This document shows positions 7,997 through 16,019 of a stretch of DNA of 32,000 bases, in pieces. The position numbers and the translations under genes are program-made. The number at the start of each line of letters is the position of its first letter. Positions within the stretch are counted from its first letter, which is position 1. The stretch is from Candidatus Saccharimonas sp. (lineage in GTDB: Bacteria; Patescibacteriota; Saccharimonadia; Saccharimonadales; Saccharimonadaceae). The stretch lies in contig CP076101.2 of NCBI GenBank assembly GCA_015256915.3, forward strand, positions 420,001 through 452,000, read 5' to 3'. The notes below the pieces were generated by a model. The model did no database searches. It was not told the origin of the DNA and saw only the letters and a program-made list of their open reading frames with translations.

Positions 7997-8026
7997 CAAA
8001 AAATCGCCCATGTTCTGAGCGATTTT
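7997..8026 (-). terminator. Intrinsic terminator downstream of rplL
   Basis: The minus strand reads AAAATCGCTCAgaacaTGGGCGATTTTTTGTTTTT. Confidence 0.7.
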
Positions 8027-8065
8027 CGAAAATCTTAAATTAGGTCGATTTAATTTATGTTAAAA

Positions 8066-8431
8066 TTAAGCAAGCTCAACAGTTGCGCCAGCTTCTTCAA
8101 GTTTCTTTTTAGCTTCTTCAGCTTCATCTTTAGAAACTTTTTCTTTAACTGGTGCTGGAGCACCGTCAACGATAGCTTTAGCTTCACCAAGTCCAAGACC
8201 TGTGATTTCTTTAACTGCTTTAATAACAGCAACTTTTTGAGCACCAGCGTCTTTCAAAGTAACTGTAAATTCTGTTTTTTCGTCAGCAGCGTCAGCAGCA
8301 CCGGCAGTAGCGGCAACAGCAACAGCAGCTGGTTCAATTCCGTATTCCTCTTTGAGGTGTTCTTTCAATTCGTTAGCTTCAAGAATAGTCAATTTTACCA
8401 ATTCTTCAGCCAATTTTTTAATGTCAGCCAT
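8066..8431 (-). CDS. rplL: 50S ribosomal protein L7/L12
   Basis: The sequence is [34 protein letters not shown]...[45 protein letters not shown]. The RBS is AAAGGAG. Confidence 0.97.
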   Translation of the reverse strand: MADIKKLAEELVKLTILEANELKEHLKEEYGIEPAAVAVAATAGAADAADEKTEFTVTLKDAGAQKVAVIKAVKEITGLGLGEAKAIVDGAPAPVKEKVSKDEAEEAKKKLEEAGATVELA

Positions 8432-8476
8432 TTTTGACTCCTTTAAAAATTTAAGTGGTTAATATTCTAAAATAAA

Positions 8477-8986
8477 TTAATTGGTTGCTTTTCGAAATTC
8501 CAAATCTTCGTTTGTAAGACCACCAGCAATCGCGTTGATTGGCGAAAGAAGTGTATCCACAATTTGACCAATAAGTTGATCTTTGCTTGGAAGTTCTGAA
8601 AGTGTCGTAACAGTTGCAGTATCCATTACATCACCATTGTCAGCAAACGCACCAACAAGTTTCATTTCTGGGTGATTTTTTGCAAATTTACCCAAAACTT
8701 GCGCAGCAGCAATCTCATCTTCGCTTGAAATTGCGTAAACGAGTTGACCTTTTAGTGCAGAAGTGTCAGATTCTTTCAAAGCTTCAACTTCTTGCATCGC
8801 AACTCGCACAAGGCGGTTTTTAACAACTTTGATTTGAACACCAGCCTCGCGAGCTTCTTTTCGAAGTTCTTGAAGGTCGGCAACTGTCAAACCTTTATAT
8901 TCAGCAAAAGCTGTCATTTTTGCGTCTTTAAGAGCGGCGCTTAATTCAGCAACCAATTGGTTCTTTTTATCGCGTGATAATGCCAT
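8477..8986 (-). CDS. rplJ: 50S ribosomal protein L10
   Basis: The sequence is MALSRDKKNQLVAELSAALKDAKMTAFAEYKGLTVADLQELRKEAREAGVQIKVVKNRL. It lies directly upstream of rplL. The RBS is AAAAGGAG. Confidence 0.97.
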   Translation of the reverse strand: MALSRDKKNQLVAELSAALKDAKMTAFAEYKGLTVADLQELRKEAREAGVQIKVVKNRLVRVAMQEVEALKESDTSALKGQLVYAISSEDEIAAAQVLGKFAKNHPEMKLVGAFADNGDVMDTATVTTLSELPSKDQLIGQIVDTLLSPINAIAGGLTNEDLEFRKATN

Positions 8987-9141
8987 AAAAACTCCTTTTT
9001 TGGTTAATATTCTTCGACCTAATTGTTAAGATTCTGGCGTTTTGAAAGCCTCCCTTCAAAACTCGTTGGCAGATAGAAAAAGTATTCCTCGGTAGCAGAT
9101 TAAGCCTAGCTAACGCGAGGCGGCTACTGTCTCTGGCAACT
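8987..9141 (-). promoter_or_regulatory. Structured 5' leader of rplJ-rplL, a possible L10-leader autoregulatory element
   Basis: This is a ~155-nt untranslated leader. It contains a long helix GUUGcCAGA / UCUGcCAAC, an inner GUAGC/GCUAC pairing, and a hairpin GUUUUGAAgggaggcUUUCAAAAC. The position matches the known L10(L12)4 feedback leader. The assignment to that family is not verified. Confidence 0.4.
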
Positions 9142-9147
9142 TGTTTT

Positions 9148-9176
9148 ATTTTAACACAAAAAAACTAAAATTTCAA
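9148..9176 (-). promoter_or_regulatory. Predicted promoter of rplJL: TTGAAA-17-TGtTAAAAT
   Basis: The minus strand reads TTGAAAttttagtttttttgtgtTAAAAT. Confidence 0.5.
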
Positions 9177-9220
9177 GCATTTTAAGCTCAAAAATCTTGC
9201 AAAAATGTCTAATTTCATCA

Positions 9221-9249
9221 TTGACAAGCTAGAATATTTTTGCTATAAT
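9221..9249 (+). promoter_or_regulatory. Full-consensus sigma70 promoter: TTGACA-17-TGcTATAAT with an A/T-rich upstream region
   Basis: The sequence is ttgacaAGCTAGAATATTTTTGCtataat. No start codon follows within 50 nt. Confidence 0.65.
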
Positions 9250-9255
9250 TTAACA

Positions 9256-9504
9256 GTTATCACTTATTGAAAGTTTATTTTAGATACGATGGATATAAAG
9301 AGGACGAAGAAGTATTCATCGAGGATATTGAAAGATAACGCAATAAATGATAACTAAAAAACTTCCGAAGAAAGGAGATAGTTCTTTTATCAAGTAGTTT
9401 TATAAACTATGGCGGTAGTTTATAAAATGAATCACATCTTCGCTAGTGAGAAGTTATTTATTCATTACGGTTACGGTTACGCTTATTCTTGCGTAGCCTT
9501 TTTT
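9256..9504 (+). ncRNA. Candidate ~250-nt structured RNA of unknown class, bounded by a consensus promoter and an intrinsic terminator
   Basis: A 14-bp closing helix pairs 9256-9269 GTTATCACTTATTG with 9341-9354 CAATAAATGATAAC, with one mismatch. Internal pairings include CGATG/CATCG and the hairpin TAGTTT-tat-AAACTA (9395-9409). There is no convincing ORF or RBS. I could not match it to SRP, 6S, tmRNA, RNase P, T-box or any common riboswitch consensus. Confidence 0.4.
9475..9504 (+). terminator. Intrinsic terminator ending the candidate RNA
   Basis: GGTTACGC-ttattctt-GCGTAGCC is followed by TTTTTT. Confidence 0.65.
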
Positions 9505-9649
9505 ACTGCATAAAATTAAGCCGCTCCAAACCCAGAACTAGAATAAACTCCAACAGAATATTAGCTGCACTACTACCGTTTTTAGCCACCACTGAGTTTT
9601 TTCATAGTAAAATAAAATGTTTAAAATCTAAAAATTCTAAGAGCAACTC

Positions 9650-9678
9650 TCGCCAACTTTTCTAAAAAATGTTATAAT
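9650..9678 (+). promoter_or_regulatory. Predicted promoter of the LtaS-like gene: TCGCCA-17-TGtTATAAT, with the ATG 9 nt after the -10
   Basis: The sequence is aaaaaTGtTATAATtaaattattATG. There is no Shine-Dalgarno. Confidence 0.5.
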
Positions 9679-9687
9679 TAAATTATT

Positions 9688-11637
9688 ATGAAAAATTTAA
9701 AAAAGCTTGATTTCAAAAAATACTTTAAAGAAATTTTTAAAAAATATTTATCTGAAAAATCACAAAAAAACGTTATAAAATACGCAAAAATTAGCAAAAA
9801 AATCATTCAAAGCAAAGCTACTTTTTTGATATTTTCAACGATTTGTATTTATTTATTGGGAGCCTTTCTTGCAAAATATATTTTAAATCTCCAATTTGGT
9901 GGCTGGGAAAAGGCTAACGAATTCCTTTCGAAAAATCCAAAAATTGCCGAGTATAGCCAGATTGTAACAATTTTAATCAGTTTTTTGTTTGTCGGAATCT
10001 TTCGAAACTGGCGAATTTCAATGGGCATTTTGTTTTCACTCGCCACAATTGTGATGTATATCAATACTGAAAAAATGGCCTCGCGCAATACGCCGTTTTT
10101 GCCTGAAGATTTGGCGATGTCTGGTGAAGCTGGCGGACTAGCCTCAATGATTAATTTAGAACGATTTTTAAATATGCTTTTTACGATTGCGATAATTATA
10201 ATCATAACCATTATTGTAAATAAAATTTCAAAAAAAATCTGGCATTTTAAATTTTCAAAAAAGCAAAAAATAGCAATCTTTATTCCACAAATTGCTCTAA
10301 TTCTAATTTGTGCGCACTTTTTAAATTTACACACTTTAGAAATTCGAAATCTTAGTGGAAAAGGCACTTTCATTAAAGTTGAGAATCTCGAGACTTCTAT
10401 TGACTTCACCGATCAAGCTTATAACTACCGAACCAATGGCTTTATTTTAGCAACAATCTCAAACCTTCAAACTAAAACTCAAAAACAACCAGAAGGTTAT
10501 TCTAAAGAAGCCGTACAAAAAATTGTCCAAAAATATAAAAAAATTGCTGAAGAAAATAATAAAAATCGCAAAAAATTAAGTGATGAAAAAGTAAATGTCG
10601 TTTATGTGATGAGCGAGAGTTTTATCGACCCTAAGCTTGGTAAGCATCTTTATGATTACGGAAATAAAGAGCCAATTCCATACACACAAGAAATTAAAAA
10701 ATCACAAAGTTCTGGTTGGGCTGCTTCAAGCGAATATGGCGGCGGAACAGCTAATGTTGAATTCGAAGCTTTAACAGGATTAAGTAATTTCTTTCTAAAT
10801 TCAATCCCCTATACTTCAATTGTGTCTACAAATAAAGACACACCTTCAATCGTGAAGAATTTTAATGAAAACGGCTACAAAACAATCGCAATGCATCCGT
10901 ATAATCGTAATATGTATCGCCGCGAGGTTGTTTATCCAAACCTTGGTTTTCAAGAATATAAGAGCGCTGATAATTTCAAAAACAATTCGAAAATTGATAA
11001 CTCGAAATATATTTCAGATGAATCCGCCTTTAATGAAGTTTTAGCTGAACTAAAAAATAGCCAAAAGCCTGAATTTATCCACCTCGTAACAATGCAGAAC
11101 CATATGCCCTATGACAACAATTTTTATTCGAAACATAATTTTAGCGTTGAAGCGAAAAATGGCGCAAATCCAGAAAATGCAAAAACTATTCAGGCTTATC
11201 TTGAAGGAATTTCACATTCAGATAAAGCAATGAAGAATTTTCTTTCTGAAATTAAAAAATTAAATGAAAAAACCATTGTGGTTTTCTGGGGTGATCACTG
11301 GCCAGGAATTTATGGCGAAATGTTCGAAAAAGAATTAAATAAAAACGATATTCGCCGCACACCACTTTTTGTTTATTCGAATTTTAAAAAAGAAAAACAA
11401 GATTTAGGAACCTCAAGCTTGATTTATAATCAAATCTTAGCTTTAAATTCTTTTGATTCAAAACTTTCAGCATTTCAATACTTACTAAGTGATTTGCGAG
11501 AAAAATATCCCGCCTTAACTAAACAATTTGTAAAAACAGACGAAAAAAGTGACATTTTAAAAGATTTCGAAATGATTGAATACGACATTTTAAGCGGAAA
11601 TAAATACAGCCTTGGTGATTTTTATAAAATCAAATAA
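9688..11637 (+). CDS. LTA synthase / phosphoglycerol-transferase family membrane sulfatase (LtaS/MdoB-like)
   Basis: It has a multi-TM N-terminal region followed by an extracytoplasmic sulfatase domain. The motifs are VVYVMSESF, GGGTANVEFEALTG, MHPYNRNMYRR, MQNHMPY and FWGDHWP. Confidence 0.85.
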   Translation: MKNLKKLDFKKYFKEIFKKYLSEKSQKNVIKYAKISKKIIQSKATFLIFSTICIYLLGAFLAKYILNLQFGGWEKANEFLSKNPKIAEYSQIVTILISFLFVGIFRNWRISMGILFSLATIVMYINTEKMASRNTPFLPEDLAMSGEAGGLASMINLERFLNMLFTIAIIIIITIIVNKISKKIWHFKFSKKQKIAIFIPQIALILICAHFLNLHTLEIRNLSGKGTFIKVENLETSIDFTDQAYNYRTNGFILATISNLQTKTQKQPEGYSKEAVQKIVQKYKKIAEENNKNRKKLSDEKVNVVYVMSESFIDPKLGKHLYDYGNKEPIPYTQEIKKSQSSGWAASSEYGGGTANVEFEALTGLSNFFLNSIPYTSIVSTNKDTPSIVKNFNENGYKTIAMHPYNRNMYRREVVYPNLGFQEYKSADNFKNNSKIDNSKYISDESAFNEVLAELKNSQKPEFIHLVTMQNHMPYDNNFYSKHNFSVEAKNGANPENAKTIQAYLEGISHSDKAMKNFLSEIKKLNEKTIVVFWGDHWPGIYGEMFEKELNKNDIRRTPLFVYSNFKKEKQDLGTSSLIYNQILALNSFDSKLSAFQYLLSDLREKYPALTKQFVKTDEKSDILKDFEMIEYDILSGNKYSLGDFYKIK

Positions 11638-11639
11638 TC

Positions 11640-11666
11640 AAAAACTCCTTTATGAGAGGAGTTTTT
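11640..11666. terminator. Bidirectional terminator between the LtaS-like gene and the pilin gene
   Basis: The sequence is AAAAACTCCTttatgagAGGAGTTTTT. Confidence 0.7.
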
Positions 11667-11681
11667 AAATTTTTAAAAATC

Positions 11682-12185
11682 TTAATTTGAAGATGAAAAA
11701 CAATATAATCCGCCAGTTTCAAGTCTTGTAAGTAAAATGAAATTCGTTGCATTGAAAGGTTTATCAACGAATCTCCCAACCTCGCAATCAGCATTTGAGT
11801 TATAGTAAATTTCACCAATTTCAAGATTATCTTGGCCAACCCCTGTTCCACAATTTACCTTACTTCCACACTTTAAAAACGTGTAAAATTGCCCTGTACT
11901 TGGATCCAAAAACTCACTCTCGTGGGGCCTTAGATAGTTTTTAATAAAATTTTCAAGCTCATTATTAGTATCATAATCACTCACGTAATTACCTTTATTG
12001 TTCGTTCTCGACTCCTCTAAAATTGCCGCAATTTTCGAAATAACCTGTTTTCTTTGGGTGTCCCTCTGCGAACGCTGCAATGTAGGTAGAGCCAAAAATA
12101 CCATTAGAAATATCAGGCCAGCAATCGCAAGAACTAAAACAACCTCAATAATTGTAAAACCACTATTTAGCTTAAGCTTTTTCAT
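11682..12185 (-). CDS. Type IV pilin-like protein with a prepilin N-terminal cleavage/methylation motif
   Basis: The N-terminus is MKKLKLNSG/FTIIEVVLVLAIAGLIFLMVFLALPTL, with G-1, F+1 and E+5. The C-terminal region contains Cys pairs. The start is set at ATG 12185; the ORF track begins at an upstream TTG at 12194. Confidence 0.85.
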   Translation of the reverse strand: MKKLKLNSGFTIIEVVLVLAIAGLIFLMVFLALPTLQRSQRDTQRKQVISKIAAILEESRTNNKGNYVSDYDTNNELENFIKNYLRPHESEFLDPSTGQFYTFLKCGSKVNCGTGVGQDNLEIGEIYYNSNADCEVGRFVDKPFNATNFILLTRLETGGLYCFSSSN

Positions 12186-12193
12186 ACTCTTCA

Positions 12194-12221
12194 ATTATAG
12201 CACACTCTCTAAAAAAGTCAA
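12194..12221 (-). promoter_or_regulatory. Predicted pilin promoter: TTGACT-16-TGcTATAAT, with the ATG 8 nt after the -10
   Basis: The minus strand reads TTGACTtttttagagagtgtgcTATAATtgaagagtATG. Confidence 0.55.
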
Positions 12222-12224
12222 TTA

Positions 12225-12251
12225 AAAATCGCCCAAAATTTGAGCGATTTT
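12225..12251 (-). terminator. Intrinsic terminator downstream of rplS
   Basis: The minus strand reads AAAATCGCTCAAAttTTGGGCGATTTTTAATT. Confidence 0.7.
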
Positions 12252-12297
12252 AATTTTATAAAAACAATTAAGCTTATTTGGCTTCTTCAGTTTTTTC

Positions 12298-12714
12298 TTA
12301 CTTAGCTTCAACTTTTTCTTCCGCTTTTGGAGCTTCAGGCAAAGTATTTACAGCTTCACGGTCAAAAGAAACTTGTTTAAGACGAGCACTTTTACCGCTT
12401 CGGTTTCTTAAGAATGAAAGGTAATTTCGGCGAACTTTCGAACGGCGAACAATTTCAATCTTTTCAATTAACGGGCTATGAAGAAGGAAAGATTTCTCAA
12501 CTCCAACACCGCTAGCAATTTTCCGAACAGTAATTCGAGAAGTATGTGATTTCTTGCGGTCAGTTCGAATAACTACACCTTCGAAAATCTGGATTCGTTC
12601 TTTATTACCTTCTTTAATTTTTTGGTGAACGCGAACAGTATCGCCACTTTTAATATCAAGAACGGCTTCTTTTTTCTGTGCGTCATTAACTTTTTTGATT
12701 AACTCAAAACTCAT
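12298..12714 (-). CDS. rplS: 50S ribosomal protein L19 with a short C-terminal extension
   Basis: The sequence is MSFELIKKV...DIKSGDTVRVHQKIKEGNKERIQIFEGVVIR...ITVRKIASGVGVEKSFLLHSPLIEKIEIVRR.KVRR. The ATG at 12714 aligns with known L19 N-termini. The GTG at 12723 is an alternative start. Confidence 0.92.
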   Translation of the reverse strand: MSFELIKKVNDAQKKEAVLDIKSGDTVRVHQKIKEGNKERIQIFEGVVIRTDRKKSHTSRITVRKIASGVGVEKSFLLHSPLIEKIEIVRRSKVRRNYLSFLRNRSGKSARLKQVSFDREAVNTLPEAPKAEEKVEAK

Positions 12715-12789
12715 ATTTTCCACTCACTTTTAAATTTAATATATACAATCAAGATTCATTATATCATACTTTTTAGTTTTTGTGAAGAG

Positions 12790-14418
12790 CTAAATTACAC
12801 GATTTACTTCTTCAATAGTTGTATCACCACGAAGTGCCGAAATCACGCCCTGCTGTAAAAGGGTTAACAAGCCATCTTTGCGAGCTTGAGCCTCAATAGC
12901 TTCAGTTGAAATCACACCTCTTTCACCACGTAAAAATGCTGCAATATTATCGTTTACAACCATCATTTCCATAACCACAATTCGCCCCTTATAACCAAAC
13001 GGACTATCTTCTGAAGCTACTGGTTTCCAAAGTTTAAAATCTCCAGAAATATCTTGTGGAAGTTTTTCAGCTGGGACACCCTCAAGAACGTTTCGAACCC
13101 ATTTTTTAGTTGCTTCATCTGGGATATATTCTTTAGCATTTTTGTCAAGTTTTCGAACAAGTCGCTGAGCGATCAAAAGTCGAATTGCGCTCGAGAAAAT
13201 TGGATTCATACCAATCATATCAATCATACGCGAAAAAGCCGCACTCGTTGAATTGGCATGAAAACTTGAAAGCACCAAGTGGCCAGTAATTGAAGCCTGA
13301 ATTGCAGTTTTCGCCGTGTCATTGTCACGAATCTCACCAACCATTACAACATCTGGATCAAGACGCAAAACAGAACGTAATCCGTCAGCAAAACTAGCTC
13401 CATGTGTTGTATCAATCGGGATTTGTGAAATCCCACCAATACCATATTCAATTGGATCTTCAAGCGTAATAATCTTACGATCAAGCGTATTTAAGGCATT
13501 AAGCATAGAATAAAGAGTTGTTGATTTACCGGAACCAGTTGGACCAACCATTAAAACCATTCCACGCGGGTGCGAAATAATTTCATCAATTTCAGCTCGC
13601 TCTTTTGGCGCAATTCCAAGTAAATCAAGCTGAAGCATGCTTTCATCAAAGTTAAATAAACGCATCACCGCATCCATTCCATACATTGTCGGCACAGTTT
13701 CAACACGCAAATTTAAAAGATGCGAAGTTCCATCACGATAAATATCCTTCTGCATATGGCCAGACTGGGAAGTTTTTGAAGCGCTTGACACCCCCGCTCG
13801 CGAAGAAAGTTCACCCATAATAACACGGTATCGATCTCGCCCAAGCTCAGCAACTGGGTGAAGCGCACCATCAACACGCATCCGGATTCGAATCGTCTGG
13901 CGTTGATTTTCGATATGAATATCACTCGCGCCGAGCCTATCTGCTTGATCAATCAGATAATCAAAAACCTGATCGGAAGCAACATTTGCCAAAGTTTGAC
14001 TAACCTTCTCTAAAGTAGCACTATCGCCCTCACCAGCAATTTCAATATCGTCATAAACAACCTTTTTCGGCGGATCATAACGCCGCATAATATTCTTCCA
14101 TGCGCTTTCAGAAACCAAGAAAAGCTCAAGAGTCTTGCCTTCATCTTGATATTTTTTACTCAATTTTTGAATAACTGAGCGTGGAGTTAAACTGGTGATC
14201 AAAACTCGCCAAGGCTTATTTTCATCAATATCACCAATTTGAAGTGGTGCCAAAAATGCCCGATACATCTGCTCATTTGTGAAAAGATCTCTTGCGAGAG
14301 GAAAAATATCTTCGAAATCTCGTGTATCAAGATACGTTAGCCCAAGGATTCTAGCTCGTTGCTCGGTCGCTTCTTCTTCCTTTTGCCTACGCATTAGCTG
14401 AATTTTATTTTCTTCCAT
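12790..14418 (-). CDS. pilB: Type IV pilus assembly / type II secretion ATPase (PilB/GspE family)
   Basis: It carries the Walker A motif GPTGSGKSTT, the Asp box ITLEDPIEY, the Walker B motif DPDVVMVGEIRD and the His box GHLVLSSFHAN. Confidence 0.9.
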   Translation of the reverse strand: MEENKIQLMRRQKEEEATEQRARILGLTYLDTRDFEDIFPLARDLFTNEQMYRAFLAPLQIGDIDENKPWRVLITSLTPRSVIQKLSKKYQDEGKTLELFLVSESAWKNIMRRYDPPKKVVYDDIEIAGEGDSATLEKVSQTLANVASDQVFDYLIDQADRLGASDIHIENQRQTIRIRMRVDGALHPVAELGRDRYRVIMGELSSRAGVSSASKTSQSGHMQKDIYRDGTSHLLNLRVETVPTMYGMDAVMRLFNFDESMLQLDLLGIAPKERAEIDEIISHPRGMVLMVGPTGSGKSTTLYSMLNALNTLDRKIITLEDPIEYGIGGISQIPIDTTHGASFADGLRSVLRLDPDVVMVGEIRDNDTAKTAIQASITGHLVLSSFHANSTSAAFSRMIDMIGMNPIFSSAIRLLIAQRLVRKLDKNAKEYIPDEATKKWVRNVLEGVPAEKLPQDISGDFKLWKPVASEDSPFGYKGRIVVMEMMVVNDNIAAFLRGERGVISTEAIEAQARKDGLLTLLQQGVISALRGDTTIEEVNRVI

Positions 14419-14425
14419 TAACTTA

Positions 14426-14454
14426 ATTTTACCACAAGCACTTTATTTTTTCAA
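14426..14454 (-). promoter_or_regulatory. Predicted pilB promoter: TTGAAA-17-TGgTAAAAT, with the ATG 7 nt after the -10 (leaderless)
   Basis: The minus strand reads TTGAAAaaataaagtgcttgtggTAAAATtaagttaATG. Confidence 0.55.
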
Positions 14455-14515
14455 TCAAAAATGCTAAAATATTCTCATCGCTTCAAGCGAAATTTTTAGA
14501 ACGAGGTAAGAAAAA

Positions 14516-14857
14516 ATGCACCTTAAAGAAACAATCGAGCAAGCTATTTTCGAAAGTTGCCCAGAAGTAGAAAAAGAGATAAATATCCCATTCGAAAACC
14601 ACTCGAACATTTTTCTAAAAATCGAAAACTCTTTTCGCGCAAAAATTGGCATACTTTCAAAATATTCTGCTTTTGTTAAAGTTGAAGAACTAGAAACTGA
14701 CAACAAAAGCTCATCGTTGGTAACTTTTAAAAAAGGACTTTACGAAAGCGAGTATACTTTCGAAATAATAAATACCGGTGGGGTTTCACCAGGGCTCGCA
14801 AAATACACCTATGAAATCATCGGTCGAACATTATCAAAACTTAAACGCCATAAATAA
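14516..14857 (+). CDS. Hypothetical small protein (113 aa)
   Basis: The RBS is GAGGTAAGAAAAA-ATG. The ORF is followed by a weak hairpin GAGCC-tttg-GGCTC plus a T-run at 14873-14891. It is preferred over the overlapping antisense ORF 14464..14706. No family is recognised. Confidence 0.55.
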   Translation: MHLKETIEQAIFESCPEVEKEINIPFENHSNIFLKIENSFRAKIGILSKYSAFVKVEELETDNKSSSLVTFKKGLYESEYTFEIINTGGVSPGLAKYTYEIIGRTLSKLKRHK

Positions 14858-14924
14858 CAAGCGTTAAAATTCGAGCCTTTGGGCTCTTTTTATTTTTTAA
14901 AAAATCTGCTAAAATAAAAAAATA

Positions 14925-15482
14925 ATGAAAAATCCTAACTCTTTCGAAAATCAAAACCGTGTGCAAAATCGTAAAATCGTTGTTTTAGCGCACAATATTC
15001 GTTCAACTCATAACATTGGCGCAATCTTACGCACTAGTGAAGGCTTTGGAGTTTCAAAAATTATCTTCAGCGGATATTCGCCCTTCCCAATTTTAAAGGA
15101 CGAAAATTTTCAAAAAACTGGCCGTTTGCCACACATTGCACAAAAAATTGATTCACAAATTCATAAAACCGCGCTTGGGGCTGAAAAAATTGTTCCAGCT
15201 GAAATTTCTGAAGATATTTTTAAAACGATTCAAAATCTAAAAAGTCAAGGTTTCGAAATCTTTGCGCTCGAACAAAGCAAAAAATCAATTTTCTTAAAAG
15301 ATTTTGTAGCCGATAAAAATGCCAAAATTACACTGCTTTTGGGAGAAGAAGTTGAAGGGATTTCGAAAGAATTACTCAATTTATGCGATAGAACTCTTGA
15401 AATTCCAATGTTTGGCCAAAAAGAAAGTTTCAACGTTTCAGTTGCAACCGGAATAGCCCTTTATAAAATTGCTTGCGAATAA
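14925..15482 (+). CDS. SpoU/TrmH-family RNA 2'-O-methyltransferase
   Basis: The SPOUT motifs are HNIGAILRTSEGFGV, LLLGEEVEGISKELL and IPMFGQKESFNVSVATGIALY. Confidence 0.85.
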   Translation: MKNPNSFENQNRVQNRKIVVLAHNIRSTHNIGAILRTSEGFGVSKIIFSGYSPFPILKDENFQKTGRLPHIAQKIDSQIHKTALGAEKIVPAEISEDIFKTIQNLKSQGFEIFALEQSKKSIFLKDFVADKNAKITLLLGEEVEGISKELLNLCDRTLEIPMFGQKESFNVSVATGIALYKIACE

Positions 15483-16019
15483 TTATTTTTCAATTTTTTC
15501 TCGGGCTTTTTCAAGAATTTTTAATGTAACTTCTGGTAAATCCGTAAAATCTTCAGGATGTTCTTTAATCATTTTTTGAAATTCTTTAAAATTCACTAGC
15601 TTAATTTCGGCAACTTCATCACGCGCAATCGCTAGATCTTCAAGATTAAAATTCATTTTTGCAGCAAAAACTTGCATAAAACGACGCTTATTTTCTTTGG
15701 TATGAATAAAAACCTTTTCAACTTTAATGAAATCTTGAAATCGCAAGTTCAAGCCAATTTCTTCAATAGTTTCACGATGAATCGCGTCCAGATAACTTTC
15801 ACCAATCTGAACATGGCCAGCCGCTGCCGAATTTTGCCATTTTCCAGCAAATGTAGCTTTCGAAAAAGATCGCCGTTGAATCAAAAAATCACCATCTAAA
15901 TTAAATAAAATTAGTGAAACCGTTCGATAAATTCGCCCCGTAGTTTTATCAAATTCAGCCTTATCAATTTCGTCAATAATTTTATCATTTTCATCAACAA
16001 TTGGTAAAATTTCTTTCAT
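15483..16019 (-). CDS. NUDIX hydrolase
   Basis: The Nudix box is GHVQIGESYLDAIHRETIEEIGL. The start abuts the stop of the upstream murF-like gene, suggesting translational coupling. Confidence 0.85.
   Translation of the reverse strand: MKEILPIVDENDKIIDEIDKAEFDKTTGRIYRTVSLILFNLDGDFLIQRRSFSKATFAGKWQNSAAAGHVQIGESYLDAIHRETIEEIGLNLRFQDFIKVEKVFIHTKENKRRFMQVFAAKMNFNLEDLAIARDEVAEIKLVNFKEFQKMIKEHPEDFTDLPEVTLKILEKAREKIEK

Noticed and set aside
8050-8437. ORFs 8050..8244 (minus) and 8057..8437 (plus) overlapping rplL
   Set aside because: They are alternative-frame and antisense shadows of the L7/L12 gene. Their repetitive K/L or F/S-rich translations are artefacts of the Ala/Glu/Lys-rich true frame.
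9462-9482. Tandem TACGGT TACGGT TACGC repeat, considered as a CRISPR or microsatellite
   Set aside because: There are only about 2.5 copies of a 6-mer, partly forming the terminator stem. There are no spacers and no array.
9409-9513. 34-codon ORF (MAVVYKMNHIFASEKLFIHYGYGYAYSCVAFFTA) and a 22-codon ORF at 9290-9358 inside the candidate RNA
   Set aside because: No Shine-Dalgarno lies at a usable distance, since the AAAGGAG box is about 30 nt upstream. Neither ORF is at the transcript 5' end, so leaderless initiation does not apply. The terminator stem lies inside the longer ORF. I cannot fully exclude a small peptide.
9503-9605. Minus-strand fragment MKKLSGG-stop, then in +1 frame ...AANILLEFILVLGLERLNFMQ, resembling a broken prepilin N-terminus
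   Set aside because: The similarity is short, with only an LLE.ILVLG-like stretch and E at +5. It requires a frameshift and ends after about 30 codons. This is too weak to call a second pilin pseudogene.
9849-10409. Minus-strand 186-aa ORF inside the LtaS-like gene, and similar 60-135-aa antisense ORFs in radA, rnhB, pilB, murF, dnaE and other genes
   Set aside because: Each lies within a longer ORF with clear family motifs on the other strand. None has start signals of its own.
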